From a virus, in IMG/VR virus record IMGVR_UViG_3300027963_005443: DNA of 64,000 nt. One strand, given 5' to 3'. The position numbers and the translations under genes were made by a program. The notes below the pieces were generated by a model. The model had not been told where the DNA came from and made no database searches. It saw only the letters and a program-made list of their open reading frames with translations. Shown piece by piece: positions 11,701 through 23,443 of the stretch (the first letter of the stretch is position 1; each line of letters opens with the position of its first letter).

Positions 11701-13021
11701 GAGTTTTTGTTAAAGTTGGAGTCAGGGTAAGTGTTTTTGTTAAAGTTGGCGTTAGGGTAAGTGCTCTAGTTAAACCTGGGGTTTCTGTTAAAGTTGGAGT
11801 AGGCTCAATAGTTGTTGTGGTGGTACTTGTTGTGGTAGTACTTGTTGTGGTAGTACACTCTGAATCTAATACGGTTATGATATCATTTACAAAACACTGA
11901 CTTAATACAACCTCACCTTCTGGACTTGTAATTCTGAACCAAGTTATTCCATCATGACAGCCGGTATGACGACAGTTGCCAGGACCAGTGGTTGTGGTTG
12001 TAGTTGTAGTTGTAGTCGTAGTTGTGGTTGTGGGTTCAATTGTAGTAGTGCAGACATTATCAGGTCCTGGGTCACAATTTATCCTAGAGTCATCACAGGA
12101 TTGATATTCTGAAAAAACTGCAGTACTACTTCCTGCTGGAGAGCAGCAAGGACACTTATAGCAAATCGGGTTACTTGGGTGGCCGGCTATACAAGTCGTT
12201 CGGCACCAACAACAGTCACCTTCCCAGTGACCAGTTCCAAAAAAATCATCATCTATTACAAAATAACAAGGACCTTGAGTTGTAGTAGTTGTTGTTGTAG
12301 TGGTTGTTGTTGTGGTTGTAGTTGTGGTAGAAATAGTGCACGTCGCAACATTCCCTGCAATTGCAGGTGGACCAGAAGACAACATGTCTACTCCCTGAAC
12401 GTCGGTACAACAACAACATTGTAAGAAAAATTCAAAAACTCCATCTTCTGCGACGGTGCCCCCTGGCAGTACTGACGACGAGATCTTATCACCAGTGACC
12501 TGGTTGGATCTACCTACTGGGCAATCATTATTTAAATTTACCTCCATGATCCAGTTATTATTAACATATAAATTAAAACGAGCTCTACTACAGGCATGAC
12601 CTCCAGGACAAGGACCATCAGTATCGCTATACATTGCTTCGACTAAATAACCGCTTAAATCGGGCAAGCCGAAGCACACCGGGGGAGGAGTTGTTGTAGT
12701 GCCAGGAGGAGGAACTACTATGCAAATCTCGTTAGAACAACTTCCAATGGGAGGGCAATCACAGGCGTCGATCTGGCTGCCCGCTCCGTAATGACAACAA
12801 TCCATTTTACCTAATGTATATCCAAAATAACATGAAGTGATGGGGTCTTGAATTCTTGCGTAGGCTTCCGGTCCAGCCAGCCATTCACAACAATTTAACA
12901 ATGGATCTGGGCACCATGCTCCACAATCAACATCTGAGTCACCTAAAGGCAAGGAAGCACAAGGAGATATTGTGGTTGTTACGTCTAACTTTTCTAGTTT
13001 TTTTTCAATTTCTTTTGACAT
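8750..13021 (-). CDS. large Cys/Thr-rich modular protein (GPCPGGH domain, DUF642-like, LamG-like, FN3-like), putative virion surface/fibre protein
   Basis: NLIVNGDF...GWVRKSFQFTATSSSTRVVF (DUF642-like); YTLELVFKP..GKLIDFK...YNQLIITRN (LamG-like); long TPTLT tracts. Confidence 0.75.
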   Translation of the reverse strand: MSKEIEKKLEKLDVTTTISPCASLPLGDSDVDCGAWCPDPLLNCCEWLAGPEAYARIQDPITSCYFGYTLGKMDCCHYGAGSQIDACDCPPIGSCSNEICIVVPPPGTTTTPPPVCFGLPDLSGYLVEAMYSDTDGPCPGGHACSRARFNLYVNNNWIMEVNLNNDCPVGRSNQVTGDKISSSVLPGGTVAEDGVFEFFLQCCCCTDVQGVDMLSSGPPAIAGNVATCTISTTTTTTTTTTTTTTTTTQGPCYFVIDDDFFGTGHWEGDCCWCRTTCIAGHPSNPICYKCPCCSPAGSSTAVFSEYQSCDDSRINCDPGPDNVCTTTIEPTTTTTTTTTTTTTTTGPGNCRHTGCHDGITWFRITSPEGEVVLSQCFVNDIITVLDSECTTTTSTTTTSTTTTTIEPTPTLTETPGLTRALTLTPTLTKTLTLTPTLTKTPTQTLVPCVNLIVNGDFSLPSSLDGRCVNNIGYDNRTEFQAAPPWYLYNNAQMFSFNYCSNLLSNNRFVGFAYSANRPYLYQIIPTVTGNTYTCSFDMGCTPGYNDLNPTRSLEAVISPGVGPNGMLKRTFNIDNVVTGDTYESLGWVRKSFQFTATSSSTRVVFRAPTNSLVWDPRNGSPTAECFSAIDNIEVCGSNLVPTLTPTPTLTSTSTLTSTTTLTSTPTPTSTPTLTLTQTLTSTPTLTSTPTSTPTLTPTLTRTLTSTPNLTRTLTSTPNLTRTLTSTPTLTQTLTSTPTLTQTLTSTPTLTQTLTSTPTLTPTPTSTPTLTLTQTITSTSTLTLTPTLTLTPTLTSTPTLTKTPTLTKTLTSTPTLTKTLTSTLTLTPTLTPTPSTTRWLTKTPTSTPTLTSTPTLTKTQTHTPTLTRSSGPNPTPTLTRTFGLTPTPTIMPCSCNMEEYTLELVFKPEPDNTTFGKLIDFKGKSSDNGIYIYDNGANLYISYVPGGYVGQTELKVNDYNQLIITRNKNTKNVFVFLNKIKQFEFTDTVGNVVLNDNIWLFVDDDITAVENIGNRVSKIKLFAEYYTQQEIINLPIFHGKISGCSPEDPWTRPTTTTPAPQSYCSINSIEDIPSSLFLSIDCEYDEITTSIPTTTVSPSTTTTTTISPTTTTTTTISPLCLPEIPQNIAIECVNPGDTSSSVLASISWEYPTYLCNIPNWMTVYVIEAMYNAEDPGSNWVEKDSFFASLYSGPNLGTIPRVSRTFQISKALGDHRFRVTAALIQVGTLWDHNTSRSVITSTINWNNCALLATNTPTPTPTITPTKTLTPTPTQAPAPTNTSTLTSTPTITKTSTSTLINPALTQTPTSTFTNTPTLTPTGTSTPTLTPTLTPTVTNTTTSNNPTNTPTLTRTSSNTPTLTRTSTNTPTLTRTSTNTPTLTRTSTNTPTLTRTSTNTPTLTPTLTRTQTPSAANPSLKVLWVSFV
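8829..8995. repeat. 30-bp tandem repeat (~5.5 copies) encoding NTPTLTRTST
   Basis: GTTAAAGTTGGTGTGTTAGTAGATGTTCTT repeated head-to-tail with no spacers. Confidence 0.9.
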
Positions 13022-13101
13022 TATTTAATTACTTTTGGTAAAGTTATATATAATTAAACTAGTCGAAATTAATGTCTAATCACAAGATTGTATGTTTAAA
13101 G

Positions 13102-14208
13102 CTAAGGAGGACAATCTCCCAAGGATGCCGCACAATATACTTGACCTGGGCAACAAACCCAAGTAATTTCCGGACAGCAACCACAGTTGCCAGCGCCATC
13201 TGAGCAGCATTTATCTGTCAGGGGGTTGGAACAAGGAAAACCTCCGCAATCTTCAGTGGTACAACCTGAAGAAGAACTACAACAATCCATTTTAAAACAG
13301 ACATTAGTATTTTCAGTAGGACCTGGTATATTAACTGTGGCAAAAACCAAGTTATTTTTACATCTAACATCTTTTGCATAAATGTAAGGCGCTCCAGCGA
13401 TACTGGCTTTGGCTTCACAACAGTTAGTCTGATGGTCTAATGTTAATTTAAAGGTTTTGTCGCCATTGCTAAAAGTTTCTGATATTACAATGTCGGTAAT
13501 CAAAATATTACAACAACTACGATCACAATAACCCTCTAAAATATTAAGATCTGTGTATATTCTATTCTCCGCAGGGGGGTTCTGGTAGCCGTTTAAACCA
13601 CTAACCCAGTTTATTCTTAGAGCATCTACACAAACAAAATTATCGCAAGATTGACCCTTGGATCCACCTAGAAGACAACATCTTAATTTAGATCCCGCTG
13701 ATCCTAACATCATATCTGGATCTACAAGGGTGTAGAGAGTTTTTACTAGTGCTCCATTTGAAACATATTGACCATCTACCACAGAAGCAATCCCGCCAGA
13801 ATATAATTCATATTTTACTTTAATGAAGCCTATGTTTATTGCATCTTTCTCAGTTTTTTTTAAATTGTGACTCCATTGGGCTTTAGGAAGCAATAAAATA
13901 TTGTCGGCAGTTGGGAAATCACTTGTTATACTGTTGGGGCCACTTATACGAACAACAAAAGATTCTTTGCCAACACCTGTGTGGTCTCCAGCATATTCAA
14001 CATAATTGGCTAAATTATCGGTGCAAGCTCCAACCGGACCGATATAATCGGCACAAACTGAATTGATATCACTACTAGGGCAACCGGGTGGATAGAATAC
14101 ATTACTATTATCTGATACATCCGCAACCGTCAGTGTTGTATCTAGATCATTAATTCCGCTGGTGGTCCAATCAATTTCAACTATGATGTGATCAATAATA
14201 TTTGGCAT
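13102..14208 (-). CDS. Cys-rich protein ending in the shared 12-Cys module
   Basis: MPN start; C-terminus CTTEDCGGFPC...WVCCPGQVYCAASLGDCPP. Confidence 0.75.
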   Translation of the reverse strand: MPNIIDHIIVEIDWTTSGINDLDTTLTVADVSDNSNVFYPPGCPSSDINSVCADYIGPVGACTDNLANYVEYAGDHTGVGKESFVVRISGPNSITSDFPTADNILLLPKAQWSHNLKKTEKDAINIGFIKVKYELYSGGIASVVDGQYVSNGALVKTLYTLVDPDMMLGSAGSKLRCCLLGGSKGQSCDNFVCVDALRINWVSGLNGYQNPPAENRIYTDLNILEGYCDRSCCNILITDIVISETFSNGDKTFKLTLDHQTNCCEAKASIAGAPYIYAKDVRCKNNLVFATVNIPGPTENTNVCFKMDCCSSSSGCTTEDCGGFPCSNPLTDKCCSDGAGNCGCCPEITWVCCPGQVYCAASLGDCPP

Positions 14209-14220
14209 ATTTTATATATG

Positions 14221-14245
14221 CCTTATAATCGGGAAAGTTATAAGG
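14221..14245. terminator. hairpin between genes (possible terminator or processing site)
   Basis: CCTTATAA-9 nt-TTATAAGG perfect 8-bp inverted repeat. Confidence 0.4.
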
Positions 14246-14253
14246 ATAAAAAA

Positions 14254-17200
14254 TCAATAACCAAAATATAAATTGCCTAAAACATCAAATTTTAATGCAC
14301 GATAGATACCAAAATTATCATTAATAACAATATTATTAGATAAATATGATGACCAAGAAACTCCGTCCCACTTAGCAACACGAGTATATAAACCTCCAGT
14401 ATTGGTGAAGTTTCCTGTAGCATAAATATTATTATTATATTCTGTGATTTCTAGGACGACGGAATTAAATCCGGCGCCCAAATTACTCCAAGATGTGCCA
14501 TTCCATTTAGCAATTCTATTGGCGATAACTCCTCCTGCTGACGTAAAGATTCCGCCAACATAAACATTATCATCTTTATCTACACACACTGAGTAGGCAG
14601 TGCCATTTAATCCACTTCCTAAATTGCTCCAGGATGTTCCGTTCCATTTAGCGATTCTATTAGAGCTAACACCCCCTATATTTGTAAAATTCCCACAAAC
14701 ATAAATATTATTTTCAGAATCTATAGCTATTGAATTAATGGTTGACGAAGCTGAGACCCCGCCCATTCCTAAATCAGACCAAGATGTTCCATCCCATCTA
14801 GCAATTCCGCTCGCACCTTGGTTTCCTGCTGTTCTAAAATTTCCAACAACATAAACGTTATCATTTTTATCAACAATCATGCATTTAATTGATTTTGTAC
14901 CATTAAGATCACCAGGAATTCCATCCCCAACATTAGTCCAAGAATATCCGTCCCATTTGACTATACAGGTTGAAATCCGTGGTGGTAAGGTCGTAGTCGT
15001 AGTTGTGGTTACTGGTGCAACTGGGGTTATTACACTTATACATCCGGTGCCGTAGGGGGAGCAGTAACGAGCAGTGATATATGATCCCACTCCAACGCTA
15101 TTCACAGCTGCAACTTCAAAAATATATCTGGTACCGTTTTGAAGTGAACTGATGGTCAATGAGCGAGATGAAGGGGGTGCTGCCACATAAGTCCACGTAC
15201 TTTCGGTTTCTACCTTATACCGGATACTATATTCTGTGATGGGCGACCCACCGTTCCACAAAGGGGTATACCAGCCAAGGAGCACATTGCCATTGCCTGG
15301 GGTGCCATCGACATCGTTTTGTTCCATAACTGGGGCCGTGGGTCGAACACAAGGAACGGAGCAATACTCGCCAATAACTGGGCAATCCCAAATTGCATTA
15401 ATTCCATTAGTACTATATATCTCCGAACCACAAGCTCGCATATAACTACTGTAGAACCCAGAATCGCAAATACAACCAGAACTACAGCTACTTGATATCA
15501 ACATAAACTCATTCCTTGGCGGGTCCTGGCATATATATTCGCATGTTCCCGTGCAGGGCCCAGTTGTGGTTGTTGTTGTGGGCTCAGTGGTTGTGGTAGT
15601 TGTGGTTGTGGTAGTGGTAGTTGTGGTAGTTGTGGTAGTTGTGGTAGTGGTAGTTGTGGGTTCAGTTGTGGTTGTAGTGGCAGTATTTGCACAACCAATT
15701 CTATCGCAACCAAGACTAAAGGCCCCACCAACATAAACACTGCCGATAGAGTCAAAACATACCGATTTAACTGAGTTGACACCAAAACCTGCAGCTGGAT
15801 TATTGTCATTGCTATTAAAAAGGCCTAAACCACTCCAAGACAATCCATCCCATTTGGCAAAATTAACTACTTCTCCATAGGGAAGATTCATCGTAAACTT
15901 TCCGACAATATAAAGATTGCCTGATAAATCCACAGTAATATCTTCAATAATAGACCCGGAGACAAAGCTTTCGCCAATATTATTCACAACATTACCATTT
16001 ATTTTTGCCAAATGATCAATAGGAATATTATTGACAATAGTTGGTGTTGGAGTAGGCGTTGGATCTGGTACATATTTAAATCTATCCAAATTAATATCTG
16101 TTAGTTGATATCCTCCTCCCAAATCTAACATGGTTTGATTCACAGCAGATTTTACTTGTGGTATTAATATGCAAAACAAACTTAGTGGCATGCCAATAAA
16201 TATTGGCTCATTATCTATAATCAAAAAATATGGACTTCCAGAATCTAAACTTCTTATTGATTGTCCTATTCTTTCAAAACCTATCTGATTTTGTTCTCCA
16301 GTTCTGGCAGCACCAAAATAAGCAGGATTTGAAACAAATGGATTCATTGCTGACAAAAATATGCTTTTATCTTGATTGGAATGAATTACAAATATTTTAT
16401 TATTTAAAATTGCTTTATTTATTCCGTCCAGGTCTGGGAGCAGCCATGTAAAACTAGTGTCCATTCTATTTCTATAATTATCTGGAAGTACTTTTGCAAA
16501 AGTTATTGTCTCTGGCACATCTGAATCTAAAACTCCTATAGTAAAATCACCTATGCCAACTTCTTTTGTATCAACCAACGTTCTAGTGACAACTACATTA
16601 TCTTTTGTTATAAATCTCATTTCGCTGCCATTGGGCGGATAGTATCGAAAGTGAGCACAAAAAATAACATGTCTTGGGCTGATCAGTGTTCCGTGAGTGT
16701 GATTGCTACTTTGAACTAAAGTATTTGGAGCATAAGGAGGAGATGGTAGTCTTAATGTCTGATGCATATTCCAGGGAGAACAACAAGTTAAATCTATATC
16801 ATACGCCCAACAATTTGGATTTCTTATAAAATTTTTAGTAGCATCACTATCTGTGTATCCTCCATAATTAACATTATTTTGATAAAAATCTAAAAATAAA
16901 TCTAATCCATATAGACCATCATCCTGAACTCCGTCAAAATATCTTGATTTAGAGTCTTTTCCCACCAACATACTTCTAATTTGATTAGTGGCATAATTAT
17001 TGAGTAAAGGCAAATCAGTGGGTGTAAGCGTAGGGGTTGGCGTTGGCGTGGAAGTAGGCGTTAGTGTGGAAGTGGATGTTGGAGTAGAAGTTGGCGTTAA
17101 TGTTAAACTAGCCGAGGGGGTGAGAGTAGGCGTAGGGGTCGGAGTTAATGTAGAAGTGGAAGTGGGAGTAGGGGTGGGTTCTTGATTATGATCAGTAATA

Positions 17201-20200
17201 TTACTAACTTTTCGCAATACTGAGTAGAAAGGACCATGTGATACTATTAAATACCTGCCGTTATAAGGAGTATAAGAAGAAGTAGATCCAGATGGAACGT
17301 CTTTTTCAGCATCTGAAATAAAGATATATGAATTAACATTAAATCCGTATATGCTTAAATTCACAAGATTTATACTTCCGTCCCAAAGACACATGCTGAT
17401 ACCGACCTGATAATCATTGGCGTTCTGAATTTGGCAACTTAAGAAAATATTACCAAAAGTACTTGCTCCTACCGGTTTTGCCTGACATATATTGGATCCA
17501 AACCCTCCTATAAATTCATTTGCAGAAGTGCCGCATTGAGGTGGATCATTAGCACAAATATCATCAGTTATAACTGCTCGGCAATTTACAGAGCCGCTCA
17601 CACAAACAAATGGATCTGGGGCTACGGTTGTGGTGGTTGGAGCAACAGTGGTTGTGGTTGGAGCAACAGTTGTAGTTGTGGTTGGAACAACAGTTGTTGT
17701 GGTGTTTGTGTTATTAGACTTTATACCCAGACTATCCCCAATACCGGCAATTGCGGTGTGCCATGTATCCGAACCTACCTGGGCAATGCTGCCCCAGTAG
17801 GGGGCTGAGGGGTCACCCTTTCCAAGTTGTCCACTCCCGTTATGTCCCCAAGCCCATAGTGTTCCATTAGTTTTTAAGGCAACAGTGTGGGTTGCCCCAG
17901 CACTTATTGATTCCCAATCATTATCAGAACTTATTTGAACAGGAGAAGTTTTATCGACCCAGGTCCCGTCTCCAAGTTGGTGCAATCCATTATATCCCCA
18001 AGCCCATAGTGTTCTATTAGTTTTCAGGGCAATGGTAAAATTTCCTCCAACACTTATTGATTTCCAATCATTGTCGGAGCCTATTAAAGTAGGGATATTT
18101 AATGTTGATCTAGGCGGTCCGACACCAAGTTGACCAAATTCATTATATCCCCAAGCCCATAGTGTTCCATCATTTTTTAGGGCAATGGTAGAAAACTCTC
18201 CCGTACTTATTAATTTCCAATCACTGTCGGAGCCTATTTGGATGGGCGAGAGTTGGTTGGGAGAAGATGCTCCATTCCCGAGCTGACAGAAGCGACTCTC
18301 TCCCCAAGCCCATAGTGTTCCATTGATTTTTAGGGCAAAAGCAGATTCTCCTCCAGCACTTATTGATTCCCAATCATTATCAGAACCTATTTGGACAGGA
18401 GAATTCTTGTTGATCCCGGTTCCGTCTCCAAGCTGACCCTTTAGATTATTTCCCCAGGCCCATAGTGTTCTATCAGTTTTTATTGCAATGGTAAAATTAG
18501 ATCCAACACTTATTGATTCCCAATCACCGTCAGAACCTATTTGGATGGGTGATAATTTATCAACAACTGTTCCATCTCCAAGTTGGCCAAATTCATTATA
18601 TCCCCAAGCCCATAGTGTTCCATTAGTTTTTAGGGCCATGGTGTGTGATGCCGGGTTTGTCCCAGAATTAGCAATTATAGATTTCCAATCATCATCAGAA
18701 CCTATTTGGATGGGTGATGATTTAGCTAAAACTGTTCCGTCTCCAAGTTGTCCCTTCCCGTTATATCCCCAAGCCCATAGTGTTCCGGATACAATCGCAG
18801 GAGCAATTGTTGTTGTTGTTGTTGTTGTTGTAGTGGGGCAACTATATTTTAGTCCATAACTGGTCCAGTCCGATGTGGCTATAGAAGAATAGCCCTCGCC
18901 AATTTTTATTGGCGTCGAGGATTGACGAGATGTCCCTGCTGCTTTGAAGTTGCCTCCCCAAGCATATACGTCTCCGTTTGTTCGCAGAGCCAAAACAAAA
19001 TCCTCGCCAGTGCTAACCTCTAGCCAATCACCTTCAATTATTTGAAAGTCTCCAACAACATCACCTGTGACGTACCAAACATGTAACTCTCCATTATTTT
19101 TAATCGCCGCCAATGACGGGGTGTATTGTTGCTGGGTGTATCCATTCCACCCATGTCCGGGAGCCATTACTTTATAACCCTCTCCCAATTTTGTTTTTAT
19201 AGAAAAATTATAAAACTCATCATAGGCTATCAGATATAAATCACCATTGGATTTTAATGCAATTCCACCTCCATCTCCACTGTTTACCGCAACTATATCT
19301 TCATCTATTTTAGTTGGAATATAATTATTTGGCCCAAACTTTGGGCTGTTTATGGAGTTATACCACCAACTATATAAATCTCCATTGGACTTTATTGCAA
19401 AAACAAATTGTTCGCCAGCTGAAACCTTTTTGTAGCCTTCACCTATTTTGGTTGGAGTGTTATAATCTAGTTTGTTATTGCCAACAACATCTCCCCATGC
19501 ATATAAATCACCATTGCTTTTTATACCAAAAGAAGCATACGATCCCCCACTCACTTCTATATAATCTTCTCCGATTTTAACTGGGTTAAACGAGTCAGTT
19601 CTGGTGTTGTTGCCAATCTCTCCATATAAATTTTTGCCCCAAGAATATAAATCTCCATTAGACTTTATTGCTAAGAAATGACTGTGATTCTCACCACTTG
19701 ATAATTTAGCAAATCCATTTCCAACCAATTTATGACGAACTTGGCCACCGGAAAACCCAGGGGTTTCAAATTGTGTTCCATCACCAATTTGTCCAAACAA
19801 ATTATTTCCCCATGCATATAAATAAATATTACAATCATTGGGATTGACGGTTGTTGTTACGGGAGCTATTATAGAACGAGGAATATCTATAAAAACAGAA
19901 ATAATATTACAATCATCTGTTACTGAATTACAACTACATGAAGAAGGCAAAGACTGAGTTATACAATCCTTTATTTGGGATGCTGCAAAAATTTGTAATT
20001 TTGTATTTTGTCCACTTTTATACCCGCCATAAACAAGGGTATCGTTATATTCATCCCAAAGATCTCTTCCTATTTCATCATAAAGGGTAAGAGTGCCATC
20101 GGAATTCATTTTATAAACATCGCCGCAAATTGTAAAAAGATATATATCTTCGCCTGCTCCACCCAGACCTGTGACTCCGCCATAGCCAGCACGGAAAGAG

Positions 20201-21183
20201 TTGCAACCAATTAATGATGTTGTTATATCATAGTTTTTTTCCAACAAACCAGATTCATAATCATACACTAGTATGTTCCAAGATGGGCTTGTAATCATGC
20301 AACCGCACGAAACTATTAGCTTTCCATTACTTGTAAGGCATATATCAGCAGCACTACTTAAGCTGCAGTTTGTTGGTAGTTCGGCACGCACGGTCACAGA
20401 ACTTGTATTGTTTGTGTCAACTCCAACTATGATTCTGCCACCGCCTTCTGGGTATAGGGGATCCTCTGCTTTGGTTGTAATGATAGTCTCATCTCCATCG
20501 CAACTCATTCCAAAATTAGGCACAGAATCAGATAAAATTAATTGCCTTTTATATGACATTGTGAACGGTTCAAAGGACTCGATATCCCACTCAGTTATTA
20601 TTGAACCATCACAATATCCCCCTATGCCATGTTCAAAATCTGGTGGGTGGACACCATTGACGGGTCCAATCCAAAATTTGTTTTTAGTATGAGCTATATC
20701 GATACAGTTAGGATTTGTTGGAAAATAATCTCCAAGAATAGGGTCTCCCCATACATCGTGACTTATTCTAGTTGATTTTTTAGAAGCTATATCATATTTA
20801 TACAAGGCTAAATTAGGAAGAACCGTCACTCCGTATGGAGCATGAGGACCTATGGCTGCACCCAAATACAACATGCTAGAATCTGCGCATGGGGGTGATG
20901 TTGTAGTGGTTGTAGTGGTTGTGGTTGGTTCGCAGGGATCAATAATTTGAGGGTCACAATTTAGGCGAGAATTTTCACAAGATTCAGAGTTTTGCCAAAC
21001 TGTGACGAGGGTATCAAGGGGAGCGCAACAAGGACACTTATAGCAAGCCCCGTTGTTTGGGTCGCCAACCATGCACCTTGGACGACAGTAACAACAACCG
21101 TCCCCCTCCCAATGACCAATTCCAAAAAAAGGATCATCTATTACAAAATAACAAGGCTCTTGAGTGGTCGTTGTATTTGGCAT
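14254..21183 (-). CDS. 2309-aa modular protein: Cys module, propeller, two 7-repeat RCC1 domains, trypsin-like domain, split WDG-repeat propeller with inserted FN3
   Basis: 7 partly degenerate LY(A/S)WG repeats and 7 TLWAWG.N..GQLGDG repeats; [28 protein letters not shown]; KWDG..WS.LG repeats; FN3 ([14 protein letters not shown]...[11 protein letters not shown]). Confidence 0.85.
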   Translation of the reverse strand: MPNTTTTQEPCYFVIDDPFFGIGHWEGDGCCYCRPRCMVGDPNNGACYKCPCCAPLDTLVTVWQNSESCENSRLNCDPQIIDPCEPTTTTTTTTTSPPCADSSMLYLGAAIGPHAPYGVTVLPNLALYKYDIASKKSTRISHDVWGDPILGDYFPTNPNCIDIAHTKNKFWIGPVNGVHPPDFEHGIGGYCDGSIITEWDIESFEPFTMSYKRQLILSDSVPNFGMSCDGDETIITTKAEDPLYPEGGGRIIVGVDTNNTSSVTVRAELPTNCSLSSAADICLTSNGKLIVSCGCMITSPSWNILVYDYESGLLEKNYDITTSLIGCNSFRAGYGGVTGLGGAGEDIYLFTICGDVYKMNSDGTLTLYDEIGRDLWDEYNDTLVYGGYKSGQNTKLQIFAASQIKDCITQSLPSSCSCNSVTDDCNIISVFIDIPRSIIAPVTTTVNPNDCNIYLYAWGNNLFGQIGDGTQFETPGFSGGQVRHKLVGNGFAKLSSGENHSHFLAIKSNGDLYSWGKNLYGEIGNNTRTDSFNPVKIGEDYIEVSGGSYASFGIKSNGDLYAWGDVVGNNKLDYNTPTKIGEGYKKVSAGEQFVFAIKSNGDLYSWWYNSINSPKFGPNNYIPTKIDEDIVAVNSGDGGGIALKSNGDLYLIAYDEFYNFSIKTKLGEGYKVMAPGHGWNGYTQQQYTPSLAAIKNNGELHVWYVTGDVVGDFQIIEGDWLEVSTGEDFVLALRTNGDVYAWGGNFKAAGTSRQSSTPIKIGEGYSSIATSDWTSYGLKYSCPTTTTTTTTTIAPAIVSGTLWAWGYNGKGQLGDGTVLAKSSPIQIGSDDDWKSIIANSGTNPASHTMALKTNGTLWAWGYNEFGQLGDGTVVDKLSPIQIGSDGDWESISVGSNFTIAIKTDRTLWAWGNNLKGQLGDGTGINKNSPVQIGSDNDWESISAGGESAFALKINGTLWAWGESRFCQLGNGASSPNQLSPIQIGSDSDWKLISTGEFSTIALKNDGTLWAWGYNEFGQLGVGPPRSTLNIPTLIGSDNDWKSISVGGNFTIALKTNRTLWAWGYNGLHQLGDGTWVDKTSPVQISSDNDWESISAGATHTVALKTNGTLWAWGHNGSGQLGKGDPSAPYWGSIAQVGSDTWHTAIAGIGDSLGIKSNNTNTTTTVVPTTTTTVAPTTTTVAPTTTTVAPDPFVCVSGSVNCRAVITDDICANDPPQCGTSANEFIGGFGSNICQAKPVGASTFGNIFLSCQIQNANDYQVGISMCLWDGSINLVNLSIYGFNVNSYIFISDAEKDVPSGSTSSYTPYNGRYLIVSHGPFYSVLRKVSNITDHNQEPTPTPTSTSTLTPTPTPTLTPSASLTLTPTSTPTSTSTLTPTSTPTPTPTLTPTDLPLLNNYATNQIRSMLVGKDSKSRYFDGVQDDGLYGLDLFLDFYQNNVNYGGYTDSDATKNFIRNPNCWAYDIDLTCCSPWNMHQTLRLPSPPYAPNTLVQSSNHTHGTLISPRHVIFCAHFRYYPPNGSEMRFITKDNVVVTRTLVDTKEVGIGDFTIGVLDSDVPETITFAKVLPDNYRNRMDTSFTWLLPDLDGINKAILNNKIFVIHSNQDKSIFLSAMNPFVSNPAYFGAARTGEQNQIGFERIGQSIRSLDSGSPYFLIIDNEPIFIGMPLSLFCILIPQVKSAVNQTMLDLGGGYQLTDINLDRFKYVPDPTPTPTPTIVNNIPIDHLAKINGNVVNNIGESFVSGSIIEDITVDLSGNLYIVGKFTMNLPYGEVVNFAKWDGLSWSGLGLFNSNDNNPAAGFGVNSVKSVCFDSIGSVYVGGAFSLGCDRIGCANTATTTTTEPTTTTTTTTTTTTTTTTTTTTTTTTEPTTTTTTGPCTGTCEYICQDPPRNEFMLISSSCSSGCICDSGFYSSYMRACGSEIYSTNGINAIWDCPVIGEYCSVPCVRPTAPVMEQNDVDGTPGNGNVLLGWYTPLWNGGSPITEYSIRYKVETESTWTYVAAPPSSRSLTISSLQNGTRYIFEVAAVNSVGVGSYITARYCSPYGTGCISVITPVAPVTTTTTTTLPPRISTCIVKWDGYSWTNVGDGIPGDLNGTKSIKCMIVDKNDNVYVVGNFRTAGNQGASGIARWDGTSWSDLGMGGVSASSTINSIAIDSENNIYVCGNFTNIGGVSSNRIAKWNGTSWSNLGSGLNGTAYSVCVDKDDNVYVGGIFTSAGGVIANRIAKWNGTSWSNLGAGFNSVVLEITEYNNNIYATGNFTNTGGLYTRVAKWDGVSWSSYLSNNIVINDNFGIYRALKFDVLGNLYFGY

Positions 21184-21217
21184 ATTTTATATATACTTGC
21201 CAAGATAAAACTAAGGG
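21175..21217 (-). repeat. 43-bp junction repeat, left copy (inverted relative to 27933..27975)
   Basis: CCCTTAGTTTTATCTTGGCAAGTATATATAAAATATGCCAAAT on the minus strand. Confidence 0.9.
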
Positions 21218-22947
21218 CAATCACCCAAGGATGCTGCGCAATATGTTTGATCTGGGCAACAAACCCAAGTAGTTTCTGAGCAACAACCACAGTTACCAGC
21301 ATTGTCTCCGCAGCATTTATCTGAGGGGTTGGGGCAAGGAAAGCCTCCGCAATTTTCAATCGTACAATTGTCAGGCGGGGATGTTGTAGGCGGGGATGTT
21401 GATGTTGTAGGCGGTGATGTAGTAGGCCCGCATTGCGAGGGATCATCACATCGGCCAACTGTGGTCACCGAACCAGCAGAGACACAAGAATTGAATATTT
21501 CAACGTCATTATCAAGAATTTGAACCCATTCAACGGTAGTGTGACATCCAGGAAATTGAGGATCTATATTCGGGCCACCCCAAGATTCACCTTCAACGCA
21601 AACCAATTCAAATGAAATGAGACCGCCTTCACCGATAAGCTCACTTGGAATACTAAATCCTGCTGCCCTATCTCCTCCGTCGATCATATTATCCAGATTA
21701 GCGGTTCCCAATACAGTATCATTAACTTTAACATAAAAAGTAGCTCCATCACATTGATGTCCACCAGGACAAGGACCCTCTGTGTTGCTATACTTAACGT
21801 TCATCGTTAATTCTCCGGGACAGCACGGACCATGTGTGGTTGTTGTGGGTTGAGCCTCGCAACCAGATGATTGGCAAGATGCAAGGCTACTAAAAAATCC
21901 AAGATTTTCACAAGTTTGGGAAACTCCGCCGAATTCAGAACTAGGTTGAACAAAAATTGAATTACACGAAGGGCACTCCCAACATTCAATTGAATTTGGA
22001 GGGGGATTGCAATCTCCATTAAGGTTAGATTCACAATCACTTCTACTAGAATAACCACCAGTCTGACACGATACAGAAAAACACTCTAAATCTGTACATT
22101 GATTAAAAGACCAACATGGAGCAGGCGTTGTGTTGGGTGGAGATGTAGTATTAGGTGGAGATGTAGTGTTGGGTGGAGATGTTGTGTTGGGTGGAGATGT
22201 AGTGTTGGGTGGAGATGTTGTGTTATACGAGCAATACAAAGCCAAATAATCACTATTGGGAAATACTCCCGGCCGAACACATGGATTTTCAATAGATAAT
22301 AATGTGGTCTTTTTTGCTAAATAGCAGGATCCATCTTGTATGCCTATGTAATTTTCTAAATTAAGTTTATAACTACTAGGTAGCGTAAAACAAACATATT
22401 CATTATCAATAAATCTACCTGATTGATTTTCACCATAAAAAACCCAAGTACCTGTGGGGTTATTAATGTCATCAGGACCTATTGCAAAAAATCTTCCTTG
22501 CATAGTGGCGTTAGAATTTAATCCTCTCAAGAAAACAATTCCCGTACTATCCAATCCAGTCTGAATGTTTTGACAACCGGACGGTCTCAAAAAGCAAGGA
22601 GCCGAAGTAGTAGTTGGTGCAGGAGTCGTAATACAATCTTGTATCAAACTAACCAAAGTCCCATCTTTAATCTTATTTTTATAATCTAGTATTATTTGAT
22701 TGAAACAAGAAATATTATTTTTACTTGTTATATGAAGATCATTTTCATCAAATTTAAAATATAATTTATCATAACCTAAATCAGCAATCCAAGTCATAGT
22801 TTTGTCTGTCGGACAGTCATTTTTAACTTTGTTTAAAGCAAAAGTTTTACATGGAATGTCACAGCAGTTCTGCGGAATTTCTGGGCAGCCTGGGCGGATA
22901 GTCGTAGTGGGTGCTGTTGTGGTTGGATCGCTAGTGGTGGTAGGCAT
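21211..22947 (-). CDS. Cys/Thr-rich protein with GPCPGGH domain and C-terminal 12-Cys module
   Basis: NTTSPP x5 repeat; EGPCPGGHQCDGATF...GCHTTVEW; C-terminal WVCCPDQTYCAASLGDCP. Confidence 0.75.
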   Translation of the reverse strand: MPTTTSDPTTTAPTTTIRPGCPEIPQNCCDIPCKTFALNKVKNDCPTDKTMTWIADLGYDKLYFKFDENDLHITSKNNISCFNQIILDYKNKIKDGTLVSLIQDCITTPAPTTTSAPCFLRPSGCQNIQTGLDSTGIVFLRGLNSNATMQGRFFAIGPDDINNPTGTWVFYGENQSGRFIDNEYVCFTLPSSYKLNLENYIGIQDGSCYLAKKTTLLSIENPCVRPGVFPNSDYLALYCSYNTTSPPNTTSPPNTTSPPNTTSPPNTTSPPNTTPAPCWSFNQCTDLECFSVSCQTGGYSSRSDCESNLNGDCNPPPNSIECWECPSCNSIFVQPSSEFGGVSQTCENLGFFSSLASCQSSGCEAQPTTTTHGPCCPGELTMNVKYSNTEGPCPGGHQCDGATFYVKVNDTVLGTANLDNMIDGGDRAAGFSIPSELIGEGGLISFELVCVEGESWGGPNIDPQFPGCHTTVEWVQILDNDVEIFNSCVSAGSVTTVGRCDDPSQCGPTTSPPTTSTSPPTTSPPDNCTIENCGGFPCPNPSDKCCGDNAGNCGCCSETTWVCCPDQTYCAASLGDCP

Positions 22948-22987
22948 GAATTATCTATGAATATAGATTTAGAAAATATCTTTCTTA

Positions 22988-23016
22988 TTGATTAATAGAA
23001 CTGATATATGTATAAT
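22988..23016 (+). promoter_or_regulatory. sigma70-like promoter
   Basis: TTGATT-17 bp-TATAAT, 7 nt before ATG 23024. Confidence 0.65.
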
Positions 23017-23023
23017 CAAATTC

Positions 23024-23434
23024 ATGAATTGGGTCATAAAAGATTTAAAAAATTGCAAAAAAGAGTATAAAACTCTATTATCTTCCACTCCTCTTGGCGA
23101 TGACTATATGAGAGAAGGAGTGATATTAAGCAAAAAAAGAAAAAAAAATAGTTATTTTGCTGTCTGTTTGTATGATAAAAAAAAATTAATTGGATGGTCT
23201 ATGTTGGATTTCTTTTTATCCAAAAATAGCAATTCCGTAAGAACTTATATCTACGTAAAAACAAAATATAGACGTAAAAAATTTGGCACTACGATATTAG
23301 AAAAAGCCAAAAAAACTGCAGAGATAAAATTTGGTAAAAAAATTAAGGTTATACCTCATGACAAAAATAGCCTTAAATTCTTTAAAGCGATAAAGATTAC
23401 TAAAGAGGAAATTGTCAGAGGATATAAATACTAG
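23024..23434 (+). CDS. putative GNAT acetyltransferase
   Basis: YIYVKTKYRRKKFGTTIL resembles GNAT motif A; start moved to ATG 23024 downstream of the promoter. Confidence 0.55.
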   Translation: MNWVIKDLKNCKKEYKTLLSSTPLGDDYMREGVILSKKRKKNSYFAVCLYDKKKLIGWSMLDFFLSKNSNSVRTYIYVKTKYRRKKFGTTILEKAKKTAEIKFGKKIKVIPHDKNSLKFFKAIKITKEEIVRGYKY

Positions 23435-23443
23435 GAGTTCATT

